Shown: positions 1-9,508 of the stretch, one piece after another | How the letters are laid out: the number at the start of each line of letters is the position of its first letter | Numbering within the stretch: position 1 is the first letter of the stretch | Origin: Escherichia coli | GTDB taxonomy: Bacteria > Pseudomonadota > Gammaproteobacteria > Enterobacterales > Enterobacteriaceae | NCBI RefSeq assembly: GCF_041248615.1 | Contig: NZ_CP158426.1 | Direction: 5' to 3' (one strand) | DNA length: 64,000 bases | Translations under genes and position numbers: made by a program | The notes under the pieces: model-generated | Told to the model about the DNA's origin: nothing | Databases searched by the model: none | What the model saw: only the letters and a program-made list of their open reading frames with translations

Positions 1-1006
1 CCAGCGGCATCGATTTTTTCATCTGACGAGCGACTTCAGCGGCGTCATCAATGATGATGCGGTAATGGCGGCGCGCGTTTTCACCCAACGTATGCACGAC
101 AAACTCGTCCAGTACGCGGAAGTAGTCGGCGCTCTCTTTCGGGCCGGTGAGGATCAATGGTAAAACCTGATCTTTGTTGGCCGGGTTCATTAAAATTCCC
201 AGCAAATACAGCAACTCTTCTGCCGTACCCACACCGCCAGGGAAGATAATGATACCGTGAGCGATACGGACAAACGCTTCCAGACGTTTTTCGATATCCG
301 GCATGATGATCAATTCGTTGACCAGCGGGTTAGGCGGTTCAGCGGCGATAATCGACGGCTCTGTCATACCAATAAAACGACTGTCTTTGTAACGCTGCTG
401 TGCGTGTCCGACCGCAGCGCCTTTCATCGGCGCTTCCATCGCTCCCGGACCACAGCCGGTGCAGATATTCAGCTCACGCAGGCCCAGCTGATTCCCGACG
501 CGACGGGCATACAAATACTCGTTTTCGTTAATTGAGTGCCCGCCCCAGCAGACCACCATATTTGGCGCTTCACCAACATGCAGCGCGCGAGCGTTACGCA
601 AGATGGAAAAGACCAGGTTAGTGATGTGGACGGAGTTGTCGAGATTCAGGTTGGGAAAACGAACAGTATTATGGATTTGCCCGTAAACGAAGAGAATGTC
701 GCGCAGAACCGCGAACAAGTTGGCCTGCAAAGCGCGAATAATTCGCCCATCGACAAAAGCCTCTTCCGGGGGATTAATCAGTTCCAGCTTTACGCCGCGT
801 TCACGGCGCAAGACGTTAATATCGAAATTTTCAAAACGAGACAGCAATTCTTTGCTGTTATCGGTCAAACTACCGGAGTTCAGTACGGCAAGTGAACAGT
901 TGCGAAACAGTTGATAGAGGTCGCTGCTGGCGGTGCGTTTAAGCATATCCACTTCCAGCTGCGACAACATATCCATGGAGCCAAGCGGGCTAATATGTGT
1001 AATCAA
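1..1006 (-). CDS. ppnN: Nucleotide 5'-monophosphate nucleosidase PpnN (LOG family), C-terminal part cut by window edge; probable TTG start at 1004-1006
   Basis: Minus-strand translation reads [19 protein letters not shown]...; frame open to window start; AGGAG 8 nt upstream of TTG; alternative ATG starts at 975 or 969. Confidence 0.8.
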   Translation of the reverse strand, partial: MITHISPLGSMDMLSQLEVDMLKRTASSDLYQLFRNCSLAVLNSGSLTDNSKELLSRFENFDINVLRRERGVKLELINPPEEAFVDGRIIRALQANLFAVLRDILFVYGQIHNTVRFPNLNLDNSVHITNLVFSILRNARALHVGEAPNMVVCWGGHSINENEYLYARRVGNQLGLRELNICTGCGPGAMEAPMKGAAVGHAQQRYKDSRFIGMTEPSIIAAEPPNPLVNELIIMPDIEKRLEAFVRIAHGIIIFPGGVGTAEELLYLLGILMNPANKDQVLPLILTGPKESADYFRVLDEFVVHTLGENARRHYRIIIDDAAEVARQMKKSMPL

Positions 1007-1117
1007 GAAAAACTCCTTATGGGACGAATATCGTCATTCCCTTTGATTACAATAGCCCTGCCTGATGACCTTTCACAACCTTCTGCGTGAATCCAGCACG
1101 CAAAATTGAGAAAAAAT

Positions 1118-1966
1118 TTATTGCCGAACCAGTCTTGTGGTCGATGGGACAAAATCGCTATTACTGCGCCACGGGTTAATGTCCAGACCGCCACGACGGG
1201 TATAACGTGCGTAAACGCTCAATTTCTCTGGCTGGCAGAAGCGTAACAGGTCATTAAAGATGCGTTCCACGCACTGTTCGTGGAACTCGTTGTGATGACG
1301 GAAAGAAACCAGGTAACGCAGCAGTTTTTCTCTGTCAATTTGGCGTCCACGATACTGAATTTGGATCGATCCCCAATCTGGTTGATGGGTGATCAGGCAA
1401 TTTGATTTCAGCAGGTGGCTGACGAGCGTCTCTTCTACTACTTTTTCGCCACTGGTGGCATTCTCCAGATAGTCAGTAGTGAATTCATAGTTATCGATAG
1501 TGATATCCTGGTCATCAATGCAAGTGCCATTGAAATGACCTATCGGTTGGCCTTCCAGATCATCAAGACGATATAACGCCACGCTAACCTTACCCTGAGC
1601 GCAAGTGCTTAAGTCGCGCTCCAGCGTCTGGCGCACCTCATCCCAGTTATTAAAACGCGTCTGGTTAAAACTGTTGAGATAGAGCTTAAAACTCTTCGAC
1701 TCAATCAGATTTGCGCTGGTGTAATCAAGTGCAACATGACCGACGGCGACCTGCGGCAAACCTTTCGCATTCAGCCAGGAAAGTTCATACAGCGTCCAGA
1801 TATCCGTACCGTGAAAAGGCAGGTTATCCGCTTTCAGACCCAGCGGATCGCGATTCAGACTACGTGGAACGCCTTGCAGTAGGCTGGCGTCATAGGTATC
1901 CCGGTAATCGGTTGATTTTCCAAGAGTCAGGCCCGCAAGTGCCTGATGGTTTGCATAAGAAGACAT
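1118..1966 (-). CDS. queF: NADPH-dependent 7-cyano-7-deazaguanine (preQ0) reductase QueF
   Basis: 282-aa ORF, size and sequence consistent with E. coli QueF; synteny next to ppnN/syd. Confidence 0.9.
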   Translation of the reverse strand: MSSYANHQALAGLTLGKSTDYRDTYDASLLQGVPRSLNRDPLGLKADNLPFHGTDIWTLYELSWLNAKGLPQVAVGHVALDYTSANLIESKSFKLYLNSFNQTRFNNWDEVRQTLERDLSTCAQGKVSVALYRLDDLEGQPIGHFNGTCIDDQDITIDNYEFTTDYLENATSGEKVVEETLVSHLLKSNCLITHQPDWGSIQIQYRGRQIDREKLLRYLVSFRHHNEFHEQCVERIFNDLLRFCQPEKLSVYARYTRRGGLDINPWRSNSDFVPSTTRLVRQ

Positions 1967-2033
1967 GTTTCACCGTCATAAACCAGATAAACTAAACGAC
2001 AAGTGTATCTGGTTTAAGTGAAGAGAGAAATTA

Positions 2034-2579
2034 GTGGACGATTTGACCGCACAAGCCCTGAAAGATTTTACTGCACGCTACTGCGATGCGTGGAATGAAG
2101 AGCATAAAAGCTGGCCGTTGAGTGAGGAACTGTACGGCGTTCCTTCACCGTGCATTATTTCAACCACCGAAGACGCCGTATACTGGCAACCCCAGCCGTT
2201 TACCGGGGAACAAAATGTAAACGCGGTTGAACGCGCTTTTGATATTGTGATACAACCCACAATTCATACCTTTTATACGACTCAGTTTGCCGGGGATATG
2301 CACGCGCAGTTTGGCGATATTAAACTGACATTGCTGCAAACCTGGAGTGAAGACGACTTCCGTCGGGTGCAGGAAAATCTGATTGGTCATCTGGTGACTC
2401 AGAAAAGGCTAAAACTGCCGCCCACGCTATTTATCGCGACGCTGGAAGAAGAGTTAGAGGTGATCTCGGTGTGTAATCTCTCCGGTGAAGTGTGCAAAGA
2501 GACGCTGGGAACACGTAAACGGACGCATTTAGCCTCAAATCTTGCGGAATTCCTTAATCAACTTAAGCCTCTTCTGTAA
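2034..2579 (+). CDS. syd: SecY-interacting protein Syd (GTG start)
   Basis: 181-aa [23 protein letters not shown]...; divergent from queF. Confidence 0.85.
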   Translation: MDDLTAQALKDFTARYCDAWNEEHKSWPLSEELYGVPSPCIISTTEDAVYWQPQPFTGEQNVNAVERAFDIVIQPTIHTFYTTQFAGDMHAQFGDIKLTLLQTWSEDDFRRVQENLIGHLVTQKRLKLPPTLFIATLEEELEVISVCNLSGEVCKETLGTRKRTHLASNLAEFLNQLKPLL

Positions 2580-2598
2580 TCCAAATACCCCATCTGGT

Positions 2599-2616
2599 TG
2601 TGAGAGATCTCTTACA
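2599..2616. promoter_or_regulatory. 18-bp palindrome TGTGAGAGATCTCTTACA, candidate UvrY (BarA/UvrY) binding site upstream of csrB
   Basis: Near-perfect inverted repeat about 180 bp upstream of csrB 5' end; matches the recalled UvrY box. Confidence 0.55.
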
Positions 2617-2789
2617 GACTCTGTAGGAGATCGCCAGGAAATAAGCGAATACTTAAAAAAATAAGAATCGTTATTTTCATTTAAAATCAATATATTGCTT
2701 GTCAATTCTTAACTTTCATATGAAATTTTCCTTAAGGCATTGTCTGTAAGCGCCTTGTAAGACTTCGCGAAAAAGACGATTCTATCTTC

Positions 2790-3155
2790 GTCGACAGGGA
2801 GTCAGACAACGAAGTGAACATCAGGATGATGACACTTCTGAAGGACACACCAGGATGGTGTTTCAGGGAAAGGCTTCTGGATGAAGCGAAGAGGATGACG
2901 CAGGACGCGTTAAAGGACACCTCCAGGATGGAGAATGAGAACCGGTCAGGATGATTCGGTGGGTCAGGAAGGCCAGGGACACTTCAGGATGAAGTATCAC
3001 ATCGGGGTGGTGTGAGCAGGAAGCAATAGTTCAGGATGAACGATTGGCCGCAAGGCCAGAGGAAAAGTTGTCAAGGATGAGCAGGGAGCAACAAAAGTAG
3101 CTGGAATGCTGCGAAACGAACCGGGAGCACTGTGAATACAGTGCTCCCTTTTTTT
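2790..3155 (+). ncRNA. csrB: CsrB small RNA (CsrA-sequestering), 5' end approximate
   Basis: About 365 nt with many repeated CAGGATG / AGGA(U)G GGA motifs; ends in hairpin 3123-3148 plus T7 run 3149-3155; located between syd and yqcC. Confidence 0.85.
3123..3155 (+). terminator. Intrinsic terminator of csrB
   Basis: 11-bp stem GGGAGCACTGT/ACAGTGCTCCC, loop GAAT, followed by TTTTTTT. Confidence 0.8.
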
Positions 3156-3200
3156 ATTCCTGCTATCCTTCGCGGCAGTTTTTCTTATTGAGGTTGCTTT

Positions 3201-3530
3201 ATGACCACTCATGACCGCGTTCGTCTCCAGCTGCAGGCGCTTGAAGCATTACTGCGTGAACATCAGCACTGGCAAAACGATGAACCCCAGCCGCATCAAT
3301 TTAACAGTACCCAACCGTTCTTTATGGACACCATGGAACCACTGGAGTGGTTGCAGTGGGTGCTGATCCCGCGAATGCACGATTTGTTAGATAACAACCA
3401 GCCGTTACCGGGCGCTTTTGCCGTCGCACCCTATTATGAAATGGCGCTGGCGACGGACCACCCGCAACGCGCGCTTATTCTGGCTGAGCTGGAAAAACTG
3501 GATGCTCTTTTTGCGGATGATGCGAGCTAA
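3201..3530 (+). CDS. yqcC: DUF446 family protein YqcC
   Basis: 109-aa ORF; synteny csrB-yqcC-truC. Confidence 0.75.
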   Translation: MTTHDRVRLQLQALEALLREHQHWQNDEPQPHQFNSTQPFFMDTMEPLEWLQWVLIPRMHDLLDNNQPLPGAFAVAPYYEMALATDHPQRALILAELEKLDALFADDAS

Positions 3531-4312
3531 TGCTGGAAATACTCTATCAGGATGAATGGCTGGTTGCGGTAAATAAACCCTCCGGCTGGCTGGTTCACCG
3601 CAGCTGGCTGGATCGCGACGAGAAAGTAGTGGTCATGCAAACCGTGCGTGACCAGATAGGCCAGCATGTGTTTACTGCTCATCGTCTGGACCGACCAACT
3701 TCTGGTGTGTTGTTGATGGGATTATCCAGCGAGGCCGGACGGCTGCTGGCACAACAGTTTGAACAGCACCAAATCCAGAAACGTTACCATGCGATTGTGC
3801 GCGGCTGGTTGATGGAAGAAGCAGTTCTGGATTATCCACTGGTGGAAGAACTGGACAAAATCGCTGATAAATTTGCCCGCGAAGATAAAGGCCCACAGCC
3901 AGCAGTGACGCATTATCGCGGTCTGGCGACCGTAGAAATGCCGGTAGCGACCGGACGTTACCCGACCACGCGCTACGGCCTGGTGGAACTGGAGCCGAAA
4001 ACCGGACGTAAGCACCAGCTCCGTCGCCATCTTGCCCATTTGCGCCACCCGATTATTGGCGACAGCAAACATGGTGATTTACGCCAGAATCGCAGCGGTG
4101 CTGAACATTTTGGCCTTCAGCGGTTAATGCTGCATGCCAGTCAGTTGTCATTGACGCATCCTTTTACTGGCGAGCCGCTGACTATTCACGCGGGCCTGGA
4201 CGACACCTGGATGCAGGCGTTATCACAATTTGGCTGGCGGGGTCTGCTTCCTGAAAATGAAAGGGTTGAGTTCAGTGCGCCATCGGGTCAGGATGGAGAG
4301 ATAAGTTCCTAA
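3530..4312 (+). CDS. truC: tRNA pseudouridine(65) synthase TruC
   Basis: 260-aa ORF with RluA-family motifs (HRLDRPTSG); start overlaps yqcC stop. Confidence 0.85.
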   Translation: MLEILYQDEWLVAVNKPSGWLVHRSWLDRDEKVVVMQTVRDQIGQHVFTAHRLDRPTSGVLLMGLSSEAGRLLAQQFEQHQIQKRYHAIVRGWLMEEAVLDYPLVEELDKIADKFAREDKGPQPAVTHYRGLATVEMPVATGRYPTTRYGLVELEPKTGRKHQLRRHLAHLRHPIIGDSKHGDLRQNRSGAEHFGLQRLMLHASQLSLTHPFTGEPLTIHAGLDDTWMQALSQFGWRGLLPENERVEFSAPSGQDGEISS

Positions 4313-4329
4313 TCCAGGGAGAAAACGGT

Positions 4330-4779
4330 ATGGCGGAAATTGGTATTTTTGTCGGCACTATGTACGGAAATTCGCTGTTAGTGGCGGAAGAAGCGGAAGC
4401 AATTCTGACCGCGCAGGGCCACAAAGCAACGGTATTTGAAGATCCTGAATTAAGCGACTGGCTGCCCTATCAGGATAAGTATGTTCTGGTGGTTACGTCC
4501 ACGACCGGGCAGGGCGACCTTCCTGATAGCATTGTGCCGCTCTTTCAGGGAATCAAAGATACCCTGGGCTTCCAGCCGAATCTGCGTTATGGCGTGATTG
4601 CGCTCGGCGACAGTAGTTATGTGAATTTCTGCAATGGCGGCAAACAGTTCGATGCCTTGTTGCAGGAACAGAGCGCTCAGCGGGTTGGCGAAATGCTGTT
4701 GATTGACGCCAGTGAGAACCCGGAACCGGAAACGGAATCAAATCCGTGGGTCGAACATTGGGGCACGCTGTTGTCCTGA
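4330..4779 (+). CDS. yqcA: Flavodoxin-like protein YqcA
   Basis: 149-aa ORF with flavodoxin-like N-terminus ([12 protein letters not shown]). Confidence 0.8.
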   Translation: MAEIGIFVGTMYGNSLLVAEEAEAILTAQGHKATVFEDPELSDWLPYQDKYVLVVTSTTGQGDLPDSIVPLFQGIKDTLGFQPNLRYGVIALGDSSYVNFCNGGKQFDALLQEQSAQRVGEMLLIDASENPEPETESNPWVEHWGTLLS

Positions 4780-4833
4780 TATGTTCAGCGAGCGGTAAAT
4801 GCCGTTTTAGCGGTGCTGAATCGAATCTTTTCA

Positions 4834-4886
4834 GGCAAATGCCAGTAAAAACTGCTTCATAGCGCGGATTTTTACTGGCGTTTGCC
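4834..4886 (+). other. Long imperfect hairpin (18-bp arms) downstream of yqcA; possible terminator or regulatory structure
   Basis: GGCAAATGCCAGTAAAAA ... TTTTTACTGGCGTTTGCC, one mismatch, 17-nt loop; no U-run follows. Confidence 0.4.
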
Positions 4887-5213
4887 TGGAGTCAAGCGAT
4901 CCATTTCATACTCTTCTTTATTTCTTCGTTTTAACCCTTCCTTTCTTGTTCTTGTTTTCATTTCCGTGAAGTGGATTCCACCGTCCAGGGCTAATGCCAA
5001 AATCGGGCCTCATTGAACGCATTAATGTTGTGTTGTTGCACGGTGAGCCGCTATGGCGCGCTTTTTATACTGCTATTGCCAGATATAAACACGCGCCGTA
5101 TTCGGCGAACGACCTATAAAAACGGCAAAAAACACCCTACGTCACCTCTGATTTCCTGGCGATGTCGCAGTCCAGAGTGAGCGTGGCTAACGCGAATTTT
5201 CAGGAGTGCAACA

Positions 5214-6566
5214 ATGAGTTCTTTAAGTCAGGCTGCGAGCAGTGTGGAAAAACGCACAAATGCTCGTTACTGGATAGTGGTGATGTTGTTTATCGTCACA
5301 TCCTTCAACTACGGCGACCGCGCTACGCTCTCTATCGCCGGTTCGGAAATGGCCAAAGATATCGGCCTTGATCCTGTGGGAATGGGCTATGTGTTCTCTG
5401 CCTTCTCATGGGCTTATGTTATCGGGCAGATCCCTGGTGGTTGGTTGCTGGATCGTTTTGGTTCAAAACGCGTCTACTTCTGGTCGATCTTTATCTGGTC
5501 GATGTTTACCTTGCTGCAAGGCTTCGTCGATATCTTTAGTGGATTCGGCATTATCGTTGCCCTGTTTACTCTGCGCTTCCTGGTCGGGCTTGCTGAAGCG
5601 CCATCTTTCCCCGGCAACAGTCGCATTGTTGCGGCCTGGTTTCCGGCGCAGGAAAGGGGAACGGCGGTGTCGATTTTTAACTCCGCTCAATACTTCGCAA
5701 CGGTGATCTTCGCGCCGATTATGGGCTGGCTGACGCATGAAGTGGGCTGGTCACACGTCTTCTTCTTTATGGGCGGTCTGGGGATTGTCATCAGCTTTAT
5801 CTGGTTGAAAGTCATCCACGAGCCAAATCAACATCCGGGGGTAAATCAGAAAGAGCTGGAGTACATCGCCGCGGGTGGCGCGCTGATCAATATGGATCAG
5901 CAAAACACCAAAGTTAAAGTGCCGTTCAGCGTGAAGTGGGGGCAGATCAAACAGTTGCTCGGGTCACGGATGATGATCGGCGTTTATATCGGTCAGTACT
6001 GTATCAACGCCCTGACTTACTTTTTCATTACCTGGTTTCCGGTTTATCTGGTGCAGGCGCGTGGGATGTCGATTCTGAAAGCGGGCTTTGTGGCTTCCGT
6101 TCCGGCGGTTTGCGGTTTTATCGGCGGTGTGCTGGGTGGGATTATTTCCGACTGGCTGATGCGCCGCACGGGATCGCTGAACATTGCGCGTAAAACACCG
6201 ATCGTAATGGGCATGTTGCTGTCGATGGTGATGGTGTTCTGCAACTACGTCAACGTTGAGTGGATGATCATCGGCTTTATGGCGCTGGCCTTCTTCGGTA
6301 AGGGCATCGGGGCGCTGGGTTGGGCAGTAATGGCAGATACCGCGCCAAAAGAGATCAGCGGTCTTTCCGGTGGCCTGTTCAACATGTTCGGTAACATTTC
6401 TGGCATCGTCACGCCAATCGCAATTGGTTATATCGTTGGCACGACTGGCTCCTTTAATGGGGCGCTGATTTATGTTGGTGTTCATGCCTTAATCGCGGTA
6501 CTGAGCTACCTGGTGCTGGTGGGCGATATCAAGCGTATCGAGCTGAAACCTGTCGCGGGGCAATAA
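5214..6566 (+). CDS. gudP: MFS transporter, glucarate/galactarate permease GudP
   Basis: 450-aa hydrophobic ORF; first gene of gudP-gudX-gudD arrangement. Confidence 0.85.
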   Translation: MSSLSQAASSVEKRTNARYWIVVMLFIVTSFNYGDRATLSIAGSEMAKDIGLDPVGMGYVFSAFSWAYVIGQIPGGWLLDRFGSKRVYFWSIFIWSMFTLLQGFVDIFSGFGIIVALFTLRFLVGLAEAPSFPGNSRIVAAWFPAQERGTAVSIFNSAQYFATVIFAPIMGWLTHEVGWSHVFFFMGGLGIVISFIWLKVIHEPNQHPGVNQKELEYIAAGGALINMDQQNTKVKVPFSVKWGQIKQLLGSRMMIGVYIGQYCINALTYFFITWFPVYLVQARGMSILKAGFVASVPAVCGFIGGVLGGIISDWLMRRTGSLNIARKTPIVMGMLLSMVMVFCNYVNVEWMIIGFMALAFFGKGIGALGWAVMADTAPKEISGLSGGLFNMFGNISGIVTPIAIGYIVGTTGSFNGALIYVGVHALIAVLSYLVLVGDIKRIELKPVAGQ

Positions 6567-6567
6567 G

Positions 6568-7908
6568 ATGACGACACAATCCAGTCCTGTTATTACTGAT
6601 ATGAAAGTCATTCCGGTCGCCGGGCACGATAGCATGTTGCTTAATATTGGTGGGGCGCATAACGCATATTTCACTCGCAATATTGTGGTACTCACCGATA
6701 ACGCCGGGCATACCGGCATTGGTGAAGCGCCAGGCGGAGAGGTGATTTATCAGACACTGGTCGATGCTATTCCGATGGTGTTGGGCCAGGAAGTTGCGCG
6801 CCTGAATAAAGTGGTTCAGCAGGTGCATAAAGGTAATCAGGCAGCCGATTTTGATACCTTCGGCAAAGGTGCCTGGACTTTTGAATTGCGCGTTAATGCC
6901 GTGGCGGCGCTGGAAGCCGCCTTGCTTGACCTGCTAGGTAAGGCGCTGAATGTTCCGGTCTGCGAACTGTTGGGGCCAGGCAAGCAACGCGAGGCTATTA
7001 CCGTCCTCGGTTATCTGTTTTATATCGGTGATCGGACCAAAACCGATCTTCCTTATCTGGAAAATACGCCGGGCAACCATGAGTGGTATCAATTGCGGCA
7101 TCAGAAAGCGATGAACAGCGACGCCGTTGTGCGTCTGGCGGAAGCCTCACAGGATCGCTATGGCTTTAAAGATTTCAAACTTAAGGGCGGCGTGTTACCT
7201 GGCGAGCAAGAAATCGACACTGTTCGTGCATTGAAGAAACGCTTCCCGGATGCGCGGATTACCGTTGATCCCAACGGTGCATGGCTGCTTGATGAAGCCA
7301 TTTCTCTGTGCAAAGGGCTGAATGATGTTCTTACCTATGCCGAAGATCCATGCGGAGCAGAACAGGGGTTCTCCGGACGTGAAGTGATGGCGGAGTTTCG
7401 GCGGGCGACCGGCTTGCCCGTCGCGACTAATATGATCGCCACCAACTGGCGCGAAATGGGCCATGCGGTGATGCTCAATGCGGTAGATATTCCACTTGCC
7501 GATCCGCACTTCTGGACGCTTTCCGGTGCAGTCCGCGTGGCGCAGCTTTGCGACGACTGGGGGCTGACCTGGGGCTGCCATTCCAACAACCATTTCGATA
7601 TCTCTCTGGCGATGTTTACCCATGTGGGCGCGGCGGCACCGGGTAATCCTACCGCTATCGATACCCACTGGATTTGGCAGGAGGGCGATTGTCGCCTGAC
7701 CCAAAATCCGCTGGAGATTAAAAACGGAAAAATTGCCGTTCCTGATGCGCCCGGTCTGGGCGTGGAACTGGACTGGGAACAGGTACAAAAGGCACATGAG
7801 GCCTATAAACGTCTGCCTGGCGGTGCGCGTAACGACGCGGGCCCGATGCAGTACCTGATCCCCGGCTGGACCTTTGACCGTAAACGTCCCGTTTTCGGCC
7901 GTCATTGA
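6568..7908 (+). CDS. gudX: Glucarate dehydratase-related protein GudX (enolase superfamily)
   Basis: 446-aa ORF, clear paralog of the next ORF (shared HDSML..GAH..FTRNIV..GHTG.GE motifs). Confidence 0.85.
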   Translation: MTTQSSPVITDMKVIPVAGHDSMLLNIGGAHNAYFTRNIVVLTDNAGHTGIGEAPGGEVIYQTLVDAIPMVLGQEVARLNKVVQQVHKGNQAADFDTFGKGAWTFELRVNAVAALEAALLDLLGKALNVPVCELLGPGKQREAITVLGYLFYIGDRTKTDLPYLENTPGNHEWYQLRHQKAMNSDAVVRLAEASQDRYGFKDFKLKGGVLPGEQEIDTVRALKKRFPDARITVDPNGAWLLDEAISLCKGLNDVLTYAEDPCGAEQGFSGREVMAEFRRATGLPVATNMIATNWREMGHAVMLNAVDIPLADPHFWTLSGAVRVAQLCDDWGLTWGCHSNNHFDISLAMFTHVGAAAPGNPTAIDTHWIWQEGDCRLTQNPLEIKNGKIAVPDAPGLGVELDWEQVQKAHEAYKRLPGGARNDAGPMQYLIPGWTFDRKRPVFGRH

Positions 7909-7928
7909 TTTTGAAAAAGGACATAAAT

Positions 7929-9269
7929 ATGAGTTCTCAATTTACGACGCCTGTTGTTACTGAAATGCAGGTCATCCCGGTGGCGGGCCATGACAGTATG
8001 CTGATGAATCTGAGTGGTGCACACGCACCGTTCTTCACGCGTAATATTGTGATTATCAAAGATAATTCTGGTCACACTGGCGTAGGGGAAATTCCCGGCG
8101 GCGAGAAAATCCGTAAAACGCTGGAAGATGCGATTCCGCTGGTGGTGGGTAAAACGCTGGGTGAATACAAAAACGTTCTGACGCTGGTGCGTAATACATT
8201 TGCCGATCGTGATGCCGGTGGGCGCGGTTTGCAGACATTTGATTTGCGTACCACTATTCATGTAGTTACCGGGATAGAAGCGGCAATGCTGGATCTGCTG
8301 GGGCAGCATCTGGGGGTTAACGTGGCATCGCTGCTGGGCGATGGTCAACAGCGTAGCGAAGTCGAAATGCTCGGTTATCTGTTCTTCGTCGGTAATCGCA
8401 AAGCCACACCGCTGCCGTATCAAAGCCAGCCGGATGATAAATGTGACTGGTATCGCCTGCGTCACGAAGAAGCGATGACGCCGGATGCGGTGGTGCGCCT
8501 GGCGGAAGCGGCATATGAAAAATATGGCTTCAACGATTTCAAACTGAAGGGCGGTGTACTGGCCGGGGAAGAAGAAGCCGAATCTATTGTGGCACTGGCG
8601 CAACGCTTCCCACAGGCGCGTATTACCCTCGATCCTAACGGTGCCTGGTCGCTGAACGAAGCGATTAAAATCGGTAAATACCTGAAAGGTTCGCTGGCTT
8701 ATGCAGAAGATCCGTGTGGTGCGGAGCAAGGTTTCTCCGGGCGTGAAGTGATGGCAGAGTTCCGTCGCGCGACTGGCCTGCCGACCGCAACCAATATGAT
8801 CGCCACCGACTGGCGGCAGATGGGCCATACGCTCTCGTTACAATCCGTTGATATCCCGCTGGCGGATCCGCATTTCTGGACGATGCAAGGTTCGGTACGT
8901 GTGGCGCAAATGTGCCATGAATTTGGCCTGACCTGGGGTTCACACTCTAACAACCACTTCGATATTTCCCTGGCGATGTTTACCCATGTAGCCGCTGCTG
9001 CACCGGGTAAAATTACTGCTATTGATACGCACTGGATCTGGCAGGAAGGCAATCAGCGTCTGACCAAAGAACCGTTTGAGATCAAAGGCGGGCTGGTACA
9101 GGTGCCGCAAAAACCAGGATTGGGCGTAGAAATCGATATGGATCAGGTGATGAAAGCCCACGAGCTGTATCAGAAACATGGGCTTGGTGCGCGTGACGAT
9201 GCGATGGGAATGCAGTACCTGATTCCTGGCTGGACGTTTGATAACAAGCGCCCGTGCATGGTGCGTTAA
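7929..9269 (+). CDS. gudD: Glucarate dehydratase GudD
   Basis: ORF 7905-9269; probable start at ATG 7929 ([10 protein letters not shown]...), 446 aa. Confidence 0.85.
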   Translation: MSSQFTTPVVTEMQVIPVAGHDSMLMNLSGAHAPFFTRNIVIIKDNSGHTGVGEIPGGEKIRKTLEDAIPLVVGKTLGEYKNVLTLVRNTFADRDAGGRGLQTFDLRTTIHVVTGIEAAMLDLLGQHLGVNVASLLGDGQQRSEVEMLGYLFFVGNRKATPLPYQSQPDDKCDWYRLRHEEAMTPDAVVRLAEAAYEKYGFNDFKLKGGVLAGEEEAESIVALAQRFPQARITLDPNGAWSLNEAIKIGKYLKGSLAYAEDPCGAEQGFSGREVMAEFRRATGLPTATNMIATDWRQMGHTLSLQSVDIPLADPHFWTMQGSVRVAQMCHEFGLTWGSHSNNHFDISLAMFTHVAAAAPGKITAIDTHWIWQEGNQRLTKEPFEIKGGLVQVPQKPGLGVEIDMDQVMKAHELYQKHGLGARDDAMGMQYLIPGWTFDNKRPCMVR

Positions 9270-9342
9270 GACAGAAAACCAAAACCGGCTCTTTCAGGAG
9301 CCGGTTTGAGATTACTGACGAAGTGGCTTACGGGGACGGTTT

Positions 9343-9445
9343 TCCCCTCGCCCTTTCAAGGAGAGGACCGGGGTGAGGGTAATCATTCGCACTTGCGTTG
9401 GCCTGTTCCCCTCACCCTAACCCTCTCCCCGGAGGGGCGAGGGGA
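9343..9445. repeat. GC-rich composite inverted-repeat extragenic element between convergent gudD and barA
   Basis: Two 37-38 bp copies in inverted orientation (TCCCCTCGCCC..GGGGTGAGGG at 9343-9379; CCCCTCACCC..GGGGCGAGGGGA at 9408-9445), each internally palindromic. Confidence 0.5.
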
Positions 9446-9508
9446 CTGTCTGTGCTGCTCCCAGCATTGGCATTGGACGGAACCTATTTTGACTCGACAA
9501 AACGTCCA

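Noticed and set aside
5162-5371. 69-aa ORF overlapping the gudP start
   Set aside because: Out of frame with gudP and overlapping its 5' end; the gudP frame has the better start context and a long hydrophobic product.
7195-8828. Minus-strand ORFs of 236 and 308 aa (7195-7905, 7902-8828)
   Set aside because: Antisense to gudX and gudD; Arg/His-rich low-complexity translations typical of the reverse strand of GC-rich coding sequence.
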